Shown piece by piece: positions 7,447 to 15,688 of a DNA stretch of 64,000 nucleotides (its first letter is position 1; every line of letters starts with the position of its first letter). The DNA is from an uncultured Gammaproteobacteria bacterium. GTDB taxonomy: Bacteria > Patescibacteriota > Patescibacteriia > Patescibacteriales > UBA12465. A program made the translations under genes and the position numbers. Under the pieces are notes generated by a model. The model was not told where the DNA came from. It made no database searches and saw only the letters and a list, made by a program, of their open reading frames with translations. The DNA is taken from assembly GCA_964435515.1 (NCBI GenBank), contig CAYSZD010000004.1:11955-75954 (forward strand), in the 5' to 3' direction.

Positions 7447-8286
7447 ATGACAAATAAAGACTTTCTCTCACAACTTAATACTTTGAAAGAAATTCGTCCT
7501 CAATCAGCCTGGTTAAAAAGTAACCGGGAGATTTTGTTATCTCAAATTTCTAACTCAGGGGCAGAACAACTTTCATATTGGCAGAAGATTATTATTGATT
7601 TAAAAAGTTTTAGCATGGTTGTTTCTAAACCGGTAGTAGTGATGGCCTCTTTATTTGCCTTCCTATTAGGCACCTCTGCTTTTGCTCATTTAGCTTTTAA
7701 CAGTACTCGTCCTAATGACTCTTTATATATTGCTAAAATTATTTCTGAGAAAGCAAAGCTTAGCACTGTTTTTAACGCTCAAGAAAGAGAGAAATTAGAA
7801 GCTCAGTTTGCTGTTGGTCATGCTGAAGGTATTAGTTCTGTTTTAGCTGAGGCTAAAATTGATGATAGCAATGAAGATCAATTAGCTAGTTTAAATAATG
7901 ATTTCAATAAAGAGATAAATATTGTTAGAGAGAAGATTGCTGTGATATCTAAGAATGTTAAGAAAGATGAGCCTGTTGCAAATATTGATATTAATATAGA
8001 GGCTTCCAGTTCTCTTGATACTTTGGTTAGCGTGGCTGATAACGGTAAAGATGAACAGGGAACTCAGATTAGTATTAATAACACAGAGAAAGATATTGAC
8101 ATAGATGTTGTTAAGGCTAGTAGCACTGAAGATGTTGAAGCCGAACCAGAAATTGATACAGCTAATAAGGTGGAGGAGCTAAAAAATCCTGAACTTATAT
8201 TAGAGGAAGCTCAGATATTATTTGAATCTAAAAATTATCAAGGAGCACTTGATAAGATTAAGGAGGTAAAAGAGTTAATTAAGTAA
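7447..8286 (+). CDS. single-pass membrane protein with acidic extracytoplasmic domain (possible anti-sigma/sensor partner)
   Basis: A 60-aa cytoplasmic N-terminus, a TM helix (VVVMASLFAFLLGTSAFAHLAF) and an acidic low-complexity C-terminal part. It is preceded by the ECF-type promoter. Confidence 0.6.
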   Translation: MTNKDFLSQLNTLKEIRPQSAWLKSNREILLSQISNSGAEQLSYWQKIIIDLKSFSMVVSKPVVVMASLFAFLLGTSAFAHLAFNSTRPNDSLYIAKIISEKAKLSTVFNAQEREKLEAQFAVGHAEGISSVLAEAKIDDSNEDQLASLNNDFNKEINIVREKIAVISKNVKKDEPVANIDINIEASSSLDTLVSVADNGKDEQGTQISINNTEKDIDIDVVKASSTEDVEAEPEIDTANKVEELKNPELILEEAQILFESKNYQGALDKIKEVKELIK

Positions 8287-8338
8287 TGTTTTTCGTCCTT
8301 TTACCATTGTTCTTTTAGTTATTTTTAAAAATAACTTT

Positions 8339-8810
8339 CGCCGGTGTTTATTAGTTTATCTTTGACAGCGATACCTTTTCAGAAGATCAGATTACTGCTT
8401 TCTTCCGATCTGGATTGTACTCATAAGATAAATTAATAAATCCTGGCGACTACGGATTAGTGGAGCAATCTACTCTTTCCGCTTAGCTCGGGTTAGCGAG
8501 CCTAAATAAAGGTCGTGCCTTGTAACAAAGGTTGGCCTCGCTCATTATAAATTACATATTTTCCCCCTGGTTTTCTTTGTTTCATCTTTATTTTGATTTT
8601 TTCTATTTAGAAAAGAAGTTGTCGTAATAAGCTAATAAGAAATCCCGTAGATTGATTAAGCTTTTCTCCAGCCTCGGCTAAACAGCCTTTCAGGCTGGCA
8701 TTACTTAATTGTCTTACCGGTCTTTAAAGCTTGTTTCCGCTGACGCGTTGGTGAGGCGGGATTCCGATCAATTTATAAATTTTCTTAAAGGCATAGAACG
8801 ACTCCGGAAA
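8339..8810 (+). ncRNA. candidate large structured 5' leader or ncRNA (unclassified)
   Basis: ORF-free region. A 22-nt helix, 8339-8360/8427-8448, pairs 21/22 positions, and its 3 G-U pairs are valid only on the + strand. Further hairpins lie at 8668-8698 and 8736-8760, with long-range pairing 8462-8473/8647-8669. Confidence 0.45.
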
Positions 8811-8946
8811 AGAAGAATAGATTTTGATAAATATAAGAAAAAGATAAAGAATTAACTAAGGGATAAGGAAGATAAAACTTATATCATTTAGATATTGTTC
8901 TCGCTAATATTGTGCGGACAAGTCTGAGTGATTTCAATTATTACTT

Positions 8947-11900
8947 ATGAAAAAATTACGCAAATTTCTAGTTGTCAGCGTAATGGTATTATCAATTATC
9001 GCTATGAGTGGTTTAACCTTTAATCCGGTTAATGCTGCTGCTCAAGCTGGTGATTTGATTAAAATGGATGGTTTATCATCTGTTTATTACCTTGGCAACG
9101 ATGGCAAGAGATACGTTTTCCCTAGTGAATCCGTATATTTCTCTTGGTACAATGATTTCAGCGGCGTGGTAACCATTCCTGCTTCTGAATTACAATCATA
9201 CCCATTAGGCGCAAACGTAACCATGAGACCTGGTACTAAGCTTGTAAAGATCACTACTGATCCTAAAGTTTATGCAATTGGTCAAAATGGTACTTTACAC
9301 TGGGTACAATCCGAAGCTGATGCTATCGCTTTATATGGCGCTAACTGGGCTTCAAAAGTTGTAGACGTAGCTGATGCTTTCTTTACTAATTATACTATTG
9401 GTACAGCTTTAACTTCTGGTACATATCCTGCAGGCACTCTTTTAAAGAATGCTAATAATGCAAGTATCTACTACTTTGATGGTACAAACTACCGCATGAT
9501 TTCAAGCGAATCAGCTTTCATGGCTAACCGCTTCAATTATGACAACGTAGTTACTACAACCATGACTTTAACTGCTTCTGGTAATGCTATTAATGGTATG
9601 GAGGATTTCTCTAAACCATCCGGCGCTACTAGTGGTTCAGTTGTTACAAATTCTGGTTTAAGCGTAGCTTTAAGCTCAATGACTCCAGCTTCCATGAATA
9701 TTCCTGGAAATTCTTCAGTTGAATTCTTAAAGATTAACTTAACCGCTGCTAATGATGGTCCAGTTAATGTTTCTAGCATTAAATTAACCGCTTATGGTTT
9801 AAGTGATGCTCAAAACATTGATGATGTAACTTTTTATGATGGTGGAATGAAGATTGGCACTTCTAAGAATATTAGTTCTGACAGAGTTGCTACTTTCAAT
9901 TTTGCTACTCCTATTTACATCGGTGCTGGTTCTACTAAAACTTTAACAGTGAAGGCTACTGTTGCTTCAACATCTGGTAGTTATGGATTAGGTATTGCTG
10001 CTGCTACAGACGTTATGTCTAGTGCTGCTACAGTAACCGGTTCTATGCCTATTGTTGGTAACTTAATGTCAGCTGTTAGTGCTTCATTAGGCACTCTTAC
10101 AATTGTTGATGTAGATCAAAGTAAAACTGTTAGCTTCGGTGAAGATAACGTTTTATTAGCAGATTTCACCTTAGAAACTTCTAATGATGAAGATGCTTTA
10201 TTGCAATCTATTAGTCTTTACAATGGTGGTACCAACGCTAATGACGTAGTATCTAACCTAAAAATGATTATTGATGGCGTTGAAGTAGCTACCGGTTCTT
10301 ATACAGATCGTTATGCTTATTTCAATTTAAATGGTTATCAAATTGAAAAAGGTAAGAATGTTTCTGTTGAGGTTCGTGGCGACATGGGCGTAACTAGTAG
10401 TGGTGACACTATTAAATTATACCTTAAGGATAATTTAGATTTAGTTGCTCTTGGTAAGACTCATGGATTCAACATGGGTATTACTAACAACTTTAATAGT
10501 GTTCTTACTAGCGTTGTATTATCTACTGGTGATTTTACTATTGATATGGATAAATCTGCTACTCCTGCTAAAGATGTGAAACCTGACACAGATGGAGTTG
10601 TACTTGCAACTTTATCTCTAAAATCAAATGGTGAAAATGCAACTATTACTGATATTGCTGGTTCTGGTTTCTATGTAACAACCGGTACTGGTACAAGTAC
10701 TATATTATTAGAAAACGTTAAGATGGTTGATAAATCTAACGGCGGTATTTATGATTTAGCTATTGCTACTTCTTCAACTGCCACTCGTCAAGAATTAACA
10801 TTATCTGACGAAATCGCTTTAGTTAAAGGAGTTGCTAAGACTTTTGAAATTAAAGCTGATATCTTAAGCATCGTTCCAGAAAATACTACCTTACAGGTAG
10901 AATTAAATGGTAGTGCTATGGCTATTGAAGGTGATGTTTCTGGTGCTGATATCAATGATATTACTCCAAGCAGCGTTGCTGGTTCTATTATTACCGTTAA
11001 AGACGCTTCTTTAACTTTAATTCCTGTAACTTTGACTAATGTTAGCGTTGTTGGTGGCCAAAAAGACGTAGTTGTTTATCAAGGTAGATTAAAAGCTGGT
11101 AATGCTGATGCAGTTAAGCTTTTATCTGTTAAATTAACAGCTGCTTCAAGTTCCGCTGCTTATGCTTTCACTAATAGCAATATTAGCAAGTTAAGTTTAT
11201 GGTTGAACGGTCATGAGCTAAAGGCTGTATCTAACCAAATCAATGAAACTTCTAAGACTATTACTTTCAGCTCTTTAGACACAGCTTACTATACAGTAGC
11301 TGCTGGCACTGAAGTTGATTTAATGGTTAAGGCTGATTTTGCTTCTAGCGTTACAACTGGTGACTTCAAGTTAAGTGTTGATAATAATGCTGACATGACT
11401 GCTCGTTCATTTGTTGGCAATAACACTGTTACTCCTTCAACTGCAAGCACTGATTCTAGAATTGTTACTACTGTAGATAAAGGTACTCTAACAGTTGCTT
11501 TAGTAACTACTGATGCTAAAGCTAATAGAGATTCAATGTTATTAGCTGGTTCTCAAACTGAAGCTGATCGTTATCTTGGTGAAATTAAATTCACTACTGC
11601 TAATGAAGCTATTAAAGTTAGCACCTTAGCTTTAACTAAGAAAGCTGGTGCTACCGCAACTAATGCTGACTTGAAAGAAGTTAAATTAGTTAAGGCTGAT
11701 GGCACAGTTGTTGCTACTAAGACTGTTAATGCTGATGGTTCAGTAACTTTTGATCCATTCGATGTAGTATTTGACGCTGATCAAGCTACTTCATTATTCA
11801 TTGTTGCTGTAGCTAAAGGTTTAAATGTTAATGGTGATCCAACTGCAACTGCAACTTCCGGCCGTACTATTCAGTATTCTTTAGGCACGGTAACTGCTAT

Positions 11901-12474
11901 TGGTAATGCATCTGGTTCTACTATTACACCTACTGCTCCTGTAACAGATTCTAAGACTGCTACTATTGTTGGTTCAAAGCTTAACTCTATTGTTAATGCT
12001 ATGAATGACGGTCAATTGACCGGTGGTACCGCTAAGACTATTGGTAAATACACTTTTGTATTTGACAATGGTAACAACAGAAATACATCTGATAATACTG
12101 AATTAAAAGCTGTGTTAACTGACTTAGTAATTAACATTTCTAAGAGCGCAACTACTTCTATAGCTAATGTTAAGGTTCAGATTGAAGGCACTTCTGATAA
12201 GAGCGCTGCCGCTACAGTAACAGGAACAGCTACTGCACCTATCGCAACATTTGCATCCGCTGATTTAGACGATCTAACAGATGGTGCTAAATTAGACGGT
12301 ACTGTTACTTTAGTTGTTTCAGCTGACATTACTACTACTTCTGAGGATGGTGAATACTTACAGACTTCTATGGCCGACACTTCACTTGCTCTTGATTACA
12401 CAAGTAATGGTATAGCTCATACTACTATGCAACTTCCAATGTCTGAGGTTGTAGGTGGTACATTAAGCGAATAG
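8947..12474 (+). CDS. giant secreted S-layer-like surface protein with ~6 tandem beta-sandwich modules
   Basis: Signal peptide MKKLRKFLVVSVMVLSIIAMSGLTFNPVNAAAQA, followed by an N-terminal LIKMDGLSSVYYLGNDGKRYVFP domain. Repeated ~110-130-aa modules share the pattern (V.L..F.L.A....V.V.S..L.........V.L..DG..V....F......I..G.S..L.VKAD). The protein is A/T/S/V/G-rich with strongly biased GCT/GGT/ACT/GTT codons. Confidence 0.85.
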   Translation: MKKLRKFLVVSVMVLSIIAMSGLTFNPVNAAAQAGDLIKMDGLSSVYYLGNDGKRYVFPSESVYFSWYNDFSGVVTIPASELQSYPLGANVTMRPGTKLVKITTDPKVYAIGQNGTLHWVQSEADAIALYGANWASKVVDVADAFFTNYTIGTALTSGTYPAGTLLKNANNASIYYFDGTNYRMISSESAFMANRFNYDNVVTTTMTLTASGNAINGMEDFSKPSGATSGSVVTNSGLSVALSSMTPASMNIPGNSSVEFLKINLTAANDGPVNVSSIKLTAYGLSDAQNIDDVTFYDGGMKIGTSKNISSDRVATFNFATPIYIGAGSTKTLTVKATVASTSGSYGLGIAAATDVMSSAATVTGSMPIVGNLMSAVSASLGTLTIVDVDQSKTVSFGEDNVLLADFTLETSNDEDALLQSISLYNGGTNANDVVSNLKMIIDGVEVATGSYTDRYAYFNLNGYQIEKGKNVSVEVRGDMGVTSSGDTIKLYLKDNLDLVALGKTHGFNMGITNNFNSVLTSVVLSTGDFTIDMDKSATPAKDVKPDTDGVVLATLSLKSNGENATITDIAGSGFYVTTGTGTSTILLENVKMVDKSNGGIYDLAIATSSTATRQELTLSDEIALVKGVAKTFEIKADILSIVPENTTLQVELNGSAMAIEGDVSGADINDITPSSVAGSIITVKDASLTLIPVTLTNVSVVGGQKDVVVYQGRLKAGNADAVKLLSVKLTAASSSAAYAFTNSNISKLSLWLNGHELKAVSNQINETSKTITFSSLDTAYYTVAAGTEVDLMVKADFASSVTTGDFKLSVDNNADMTARSFVGNNTVTPSTASTDSRIVTTVDKGTLTVALVTTDAKANRDSMLLAGSQTEADRYLGEIKFTTANEAIKVSTLALTKKAGATATNADLKEVKLVKADGTVVATKTVNADGSVTFDPFDVVFDADQATSLFIVAVAKGLNVNGDPTATATSGRTIQYSLGTVTAIGNASGSTITPTAPVTDSKTATIVGSKLNSIVNAMNDGQLTGGTAKTIGKYTFVFDNGNNRNTSDNTELKAVLTDLVINISKSATTSIANVKVQIEGTSDKSAAATVTGTATAPIATFASADLDDLTDGAKLDGTVTLVVSADITTTSEDGEYLQTSMADTSLALDYTSNGIAHTTMQLPMSEVVGGTLSE

Positions 12475-12527
12475 TTAATTGCTATAAGCTAAAGAGTCTT
12501 CCTAATTTCCTTTAATTAATTAGGTAA

Positions 12528-12570
12528 AGAAAAGAGCGGCCATTTGGTCGCTCTTTTCTGTTTGTTTTAA
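12528..12570 (+). terminator. strong rho-independent terminator
   Basis: AGAAAAGAGCGGCC-ATTT-GGTCGCTCTTTTCT 14-bp stem followed by a T-rich tail. Confidence 0.85.
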
Positions 12571-12652
12571 AACAGCTTCTTTTTATATTATTTTGTAGCC
12601 TTAACATGCTACAATGAAATGGATTATGATATAACTAATATTTATTTGTACC

Positions 12653-12681
12653 TGAAGAAAACCCTTCTTCTAAACGTATTA
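12653..12681 (+). promoter_or_regulatory. ECF-type promoter TGAAGA-N16-CGTATTA (autoregulatory candidate)
   Basis: GAAGA 12654-12658 and CGTATTA 12675-12681, 42 nt upstream of the sigma gene ATG. The same motif recurs at 14204-14231. Confidence 0.45.
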
Positions 12682-12722
12682 ATATATAGGATGCAAGAAA
12701 GCTTGAAAAATATGTATGAATT

Positions 12723-13310
12723 ATGTTAAGTGATGTGTCTAATATTGAAGAGCAGAGTGATTCTGACCTAGTGTTGGCTAGCTTAGCTAATCCTGAGTCT
12801 TTTTCGGCTATTATAAAACGCTATGAGAGACCCTTATTTCTGTACATCTCTCGTATCACTAATGTTTCTCATGATGAATGTGACGATATATTACAAGAGG
12901 TATTTATTAACTGTTATCTAAACCTTAACGATTATAATAGTGATTTAAAATTCTCTTCCTGGCTCTATCGTATTGCTCATAATCAAGCCATTAGTCACTA
13001 TCGCAAGCTTAAAGCTAGACCAGAGGGTCATATGCTAAGCATTGATGAAAGTGAAGCTTTAGACTTAGTATCTAGTCTTGATATAGGACTAAATATTGAT
13101 ATTTCTTTAAATCAGGAAAGTATTACTCGTGTATTATCAGCTTTGGATAAAAAACATCGAGAAATATTAGTGTTAAAATTTTTAGAAGAGAAAAGCTATC
13201 AGGAGATATCAGATATTATTAAAAAACCACTGGGAACAGTTGCTTCAAGTGTTAATCGGGCTAAATCGGCTTTTAAAGAAGAGTTTAATAGGCAAGCTAT
13301 TAAATTATAA
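12723..13310 (+). CDS. ECF-type RNA polymerase sigma-70 family factor (sigma B of this window)
   Basis: Region 2 (DILQEVFINCYLNLNDY..FSSWLYRIAHNQAISHYRK) and region 4 (KSYQEISDIIKKPLGTVASSVNRAKSAFKEE). Confidence 0.85.
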   Translation: MLSDVSNIEEQSDSDLVLASLANPESFSAIIKRYERPLFLYISRITNVSHDECDDILQEVFINCYLNLNDYNSDLKFSSWLYRIAHNQAISHYRKLKARPEGHMLSIDESEALDLVSSLDIGLNIDISLNQESITRVLSALDKKHREILVLKFLEEKSYQEISDIIKKPLGTVASSVNRAKSAFKEEFNRQAIKL

Positions 13311-13320
13311 TTTTTTATAT

Positions 13321-14106
13321 ATGGAAGATAATAATTTAGTTGATAAAATAATAACTAAAATCAAGCATGAGGGCTTAGAGCCTAAACCTCGTTGGCATTT
13401 TTTATTGAAAGATTATGTGGTGTGGATTAGTGGCGCTTTAGCTTTGATTTTTGGTGCTTTAGGGGTATCAGTTATCATCTATTTGTTAAAATATAATAAT
13501 TGGTCAATGGGCAGCTTGGGGGATAAGAGTTTTTTAAGCTTTATGATTATGACCATGCCCTATTTTTGGCTCCTGTTTTTAGCTATTTTTATCTTTGTTT
13601 TATATTATAATATTAAACATCTCAAGAAAGCCTATTTATATCCAGTGAAAGTTATTATCCTTTTAGCTTTTTTGAGCAGTATTCTTTTAGGCGAACTTTT
13701 CTATCTCTTTGGCTTTGGTGAGGAAATTGATGAACTGTTAGGGGCTAAAGCTCCTTTATATGGTGAAATGTTTAACCCACAACTTAATTTCTGGTTTCAG
13801 CCAGAGGCTGGTCGTTTAGCTGGAATGGCTATTATAACAGATGATGGCTTAGAACTTATTGATCCTAGTGGTAAAATATGGCAAATAGTTTTAGCTAAAG
13901 AATTAAAAGTTTTGCCTGAAATTGTCTCTTATGAGCCTTTAAATATTCTTGGATCCATTGAGTCGGAACAGGTATTTAAAGCTCAAATAATCAAAGCTGT
14001 GCGTCCTGGCAGAGCCTTTATGAAGCGACCAGGAAGAGCAGGGTGCCCTCCAGGAGTTCCTTGTGAGCTTAAAGCTCCTATGCCGGAACGTTTAAGAAAT
14101 AAATAG
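13321..14106 (+). CDS. multi-pass membrane protein immediately downstream of sigma B (candidate anti-sigma/partner)
   Basis: ATG at 13321, 10 nt after the sigma stop. It has a short cytoplasmic N-terminus, ~4 TM helices, and a C-terminal soluble domain ending in a P/R/G-rich tail. The track start at 13240 overlaps the sigma gene and is rejected. Confidence 0.65.
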   Translation: MEDNNLVDKIITKIKHEGLEPKPRWHFLLKDYVVWISGALALIFGALGVSVIIYLLKYNNWSMGSLGDKSFLSFMIMTMPYFWLLFLAIFIFVLYYNIKHLKKAYLYPVKVIILLAFLSSILLGELFYLFGFGEEIDELLGAKAPLYGEMFNPQLNFWFQPEAGRLAGMAIITDDGLELIDPSGKIWQIVLAKELKVLPEIVSYEPLNILGSIESEQVFKAQIIKAVRPGRAFMKRPGRAGCPPGVPCELKAPMPERLRNK

Positions 14107-14203
14107 TTGTTGATAATTTATAAGCCCCTTTTAGCAATGCTAAAAGGGGCCATTAGCTTTACAGCTTCAGGGACTCTTTTGTTTTCATATTTTTGAATTC
14201 TGT

Positions 14204-14231
14204 GGAAGAAATTTTTATATTCAACGTATTA
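14204..14231 (+). promoter_or_regulatory. ECF-type promoter GGAAGA-N15-CGTATTA
   Basis: GAAGA 14205-14209 and CGTATTA 14225-14231. It shares both boxes with the 12653-12681 element. Confidence 0.45.
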
Positions 14232-14242
14232 GTTAGTGAAGG

Positions 14243-14264
14243 CGAATAATTCGCGAATAGTTCG
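14243..14264. repeat. two abutting 11-bp palindromes, CGAATAATTCG and CGAATAGTTCG
   Basis: Read directly at 14243-14253 and 14254-14264, in the leader of the 14309 gene. Confidence 0.6.
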
Positions 14265-14308
14265 TCTGGTTAATAATTAATACGTTTTTAATTAAACGAA
14301 GAAAATAT

Positions 14309-14728
14309 ATGAAAAACAAAAATTTAGTTAGAATTACTTTTGCCTTAGCGGCAGTTGCCTTGATTGGTGGTGGAATTATAGCAGCTCAAGCTGCTAGCAG
14401 TGATACAGCTTTTGCTAATAGACGAGCAGAAGCTCCTCTAAATGCTTCTAGCTTAGAAGTTAGGGCAGAGCGTCAAGCTCAAATGGAAGCTAACAGAACA
14501 GCTAGTTTAGCTGCTATAGAAGCTGGAGATTATGATGCTTGGAAAGAAGCGGTAGGAGAAAATAATCCTTTTGCTGATCAAATCACAGCAGAAAACTTTA
14601 GCAGATTTGTTGAGGCTCATAATTTAAGAATGCAGGCAGATTCTATCATGGCCGAATTGGGTATTGATATGCCACAAGGACATGGCGCTCAGAGACGGGG
14701 CAGAGGAATCCATAGAATAGCACAATAA
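14309..14728 (+). CDS. secreted/anchored helical protein, unknown function
   Basis: N-terminal signal/anchor (ITFALAAVALIGGGIIAAQAASS) followed by an Ala/Glu-rich helical part. Confidence 0.6.
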   Translation: MKNKNLVRITFALAAVALIGGGIIAAQAASSDTAFANRRAEAPLNASSLEVRAERQAQMEANRTASLAAIEAGDYDAWKEAVGENNPFADQITAENFSRFVEAHNLRMQADSIMAELGIDMPQGHGAQRRGRGIHRIAQ

Positions 14729-14885
14729 TTTTTTGGATATTTAAATAGATAAAAATAAGTCCTTTTAAGGGCTTATTTTTTGATCTTTAACTATCTTTTA
14801 AAATTATAAACAATTTTTTTCATTGACCATGTTTTAGTCCTGGTTTATAGTTAATATAGCTTTATATAAATTTAATATAAACCAT

Positions 14886-15335
14886 ATGAAACATATCTGG
14901 AGTTTGCTTTGTCAAAAATCTTCAATTGATGTGGAGAGTAACCAACTTAGTTTGTTTAACTGCTTGGAAGAGATTAGTATTAGTTTAGAGAGTACAGAGG
15001 CTTTAAAAAATAATTTAGTTATTCCTATTGAATTTCAATTAGTGAGCTATTGGTCTCGCCAGCAGGCAGATGAGGAAATTAATTTAGAAGCAGAGGGCGA
15101 GCTAGTTGATGCTAATGGAAAAATAATTAATAATTTTAAAAATAGTTTTTTAATTAAAACCGGTATACTACGTTTTCGTAGTCGCACTAATATTCAAGGT
15201 CTATCAATTACTGGTCCTGGTCAATATTATGTGCGCTTCTATCATCTTGATAATAATAAGAAAAGGGAAATGGTGACTGAATTACCAATTGATGTGAAAA
15301 TTAATTATAAGATAATGGATATTCCTAAGAAATAA
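14886..15335 (+). CDS. hypothetical protein (149 aa)
   Basis: Intact ORF with its own sigma70-like promoter, TTGACC-N17-TATAGT (14823-14851). No family recognised with confidence. Confidence 0.55.
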   Translation: MKHIWSLLCQKSSIDVESNQLSLFNCLEEISISLESTEALKNNLVIPIEFQLVSYWSRQQADEEINLEAEGELVDANGKIINNFKNSFLIKTGILRFRSRTNIQGLSITGPGQYYVRFYHLDNNKKREMVTELPIDVKINYKIMDIPKK

Positions 15336-15410
15336 AGAATAATAAAAAGAATGATAATATTAAAACACTCTTTTAAAAGAGTGTTTTTGTTTATTGTATT
15401 TTTTTATAAC

Positions 15411-15439
15411 TTGACTTATAGTTTATCTTAAGATAAACT
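15411..15439 (+). promoter_or_regulatory. TA-operon promoter with embedded 20-bp perfect palindrome
   Basis: TTGACT 15411-15416 and TAAACT 15434-15439. The palindrome AGTTTATCTTAAGATAAACT (15420-15439) fills the spacer and the -10. Confidence 0.6.
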
Positions 15440-15466
15440 TTAAATAAGTTAATAAATATAAAAATT

Positions 15467-15682
15467 ATGGAAAAACTTATCTCTTTAAAAGACTTACGTC
15501 TAAACATGGAAAAATATGCTAGTCAGGTGAAACAGGGTCAGTCTTTTATTATTCTAAAACGTAGTAAGCCTATTTTTCAAATTAATCCAGTATCTCAAGA
15601 TGGTGATTGGGAAGAATTAATTAATTTTGCCCAAATAAAGAAGGGTGGTGTGGAAATTAAAGATTTATTGAAGCTACTTTAA
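15467..15682 (+). CDS. type II antitoxin, Phd/YefM-like
   Basis: 71 aa. The N-terminal ISLKDLRLNMEKYASQVKQGQSFIILKRSKPIFQINPV matches the Phd/YefM fold pattern. It lies 6 nt upstream of the toxin ORF. Confidence 0.65.
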   Translation: MEKLISLKDLRLNMEKYASQVKQGQSFIILKRSKPIFQINPVSQDGDWEELINFAQIKKGGVEIKDLLKLL

Positions 15683-15688
15683 TGACTT

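Noticed and set aside
8287-8946. Considered tmRNA, a group I/II intron, a T-box or a decayed gene for the long spacer.
   Set aside because: There is no tRNA-like T-arm (GGTTCGA), no acceptor pairing and no ...ALAA-type tag ORF, so it is not tmRNA. There is no T-box AGAGA/GGUGGNA core. There is no intron-encoded ORF or split host gene. No reading frame longer than 27 aa is left. It is kept as an unclassified structured RNA instead.
9537-12380. Minus-strand ORFs 9537-9779 and 12177-12380 inside the surface-protein gene.
   Set aside because: They are antisense shadows of a strongly codon-biased GCT/GGT/ACT-rich gene. No independent signals support them.
8947-12474. Diversity-generating retroelement, or CRISPR-like repeats, as an explanation for the repeated modules.
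   Set aside because: The repeats exist only at the protein-pattern level. There are no near-identical template/variable nucleotide pairs, no reverse transcriptase gene and no short regularly spaced direct repeats anywhere in the window.
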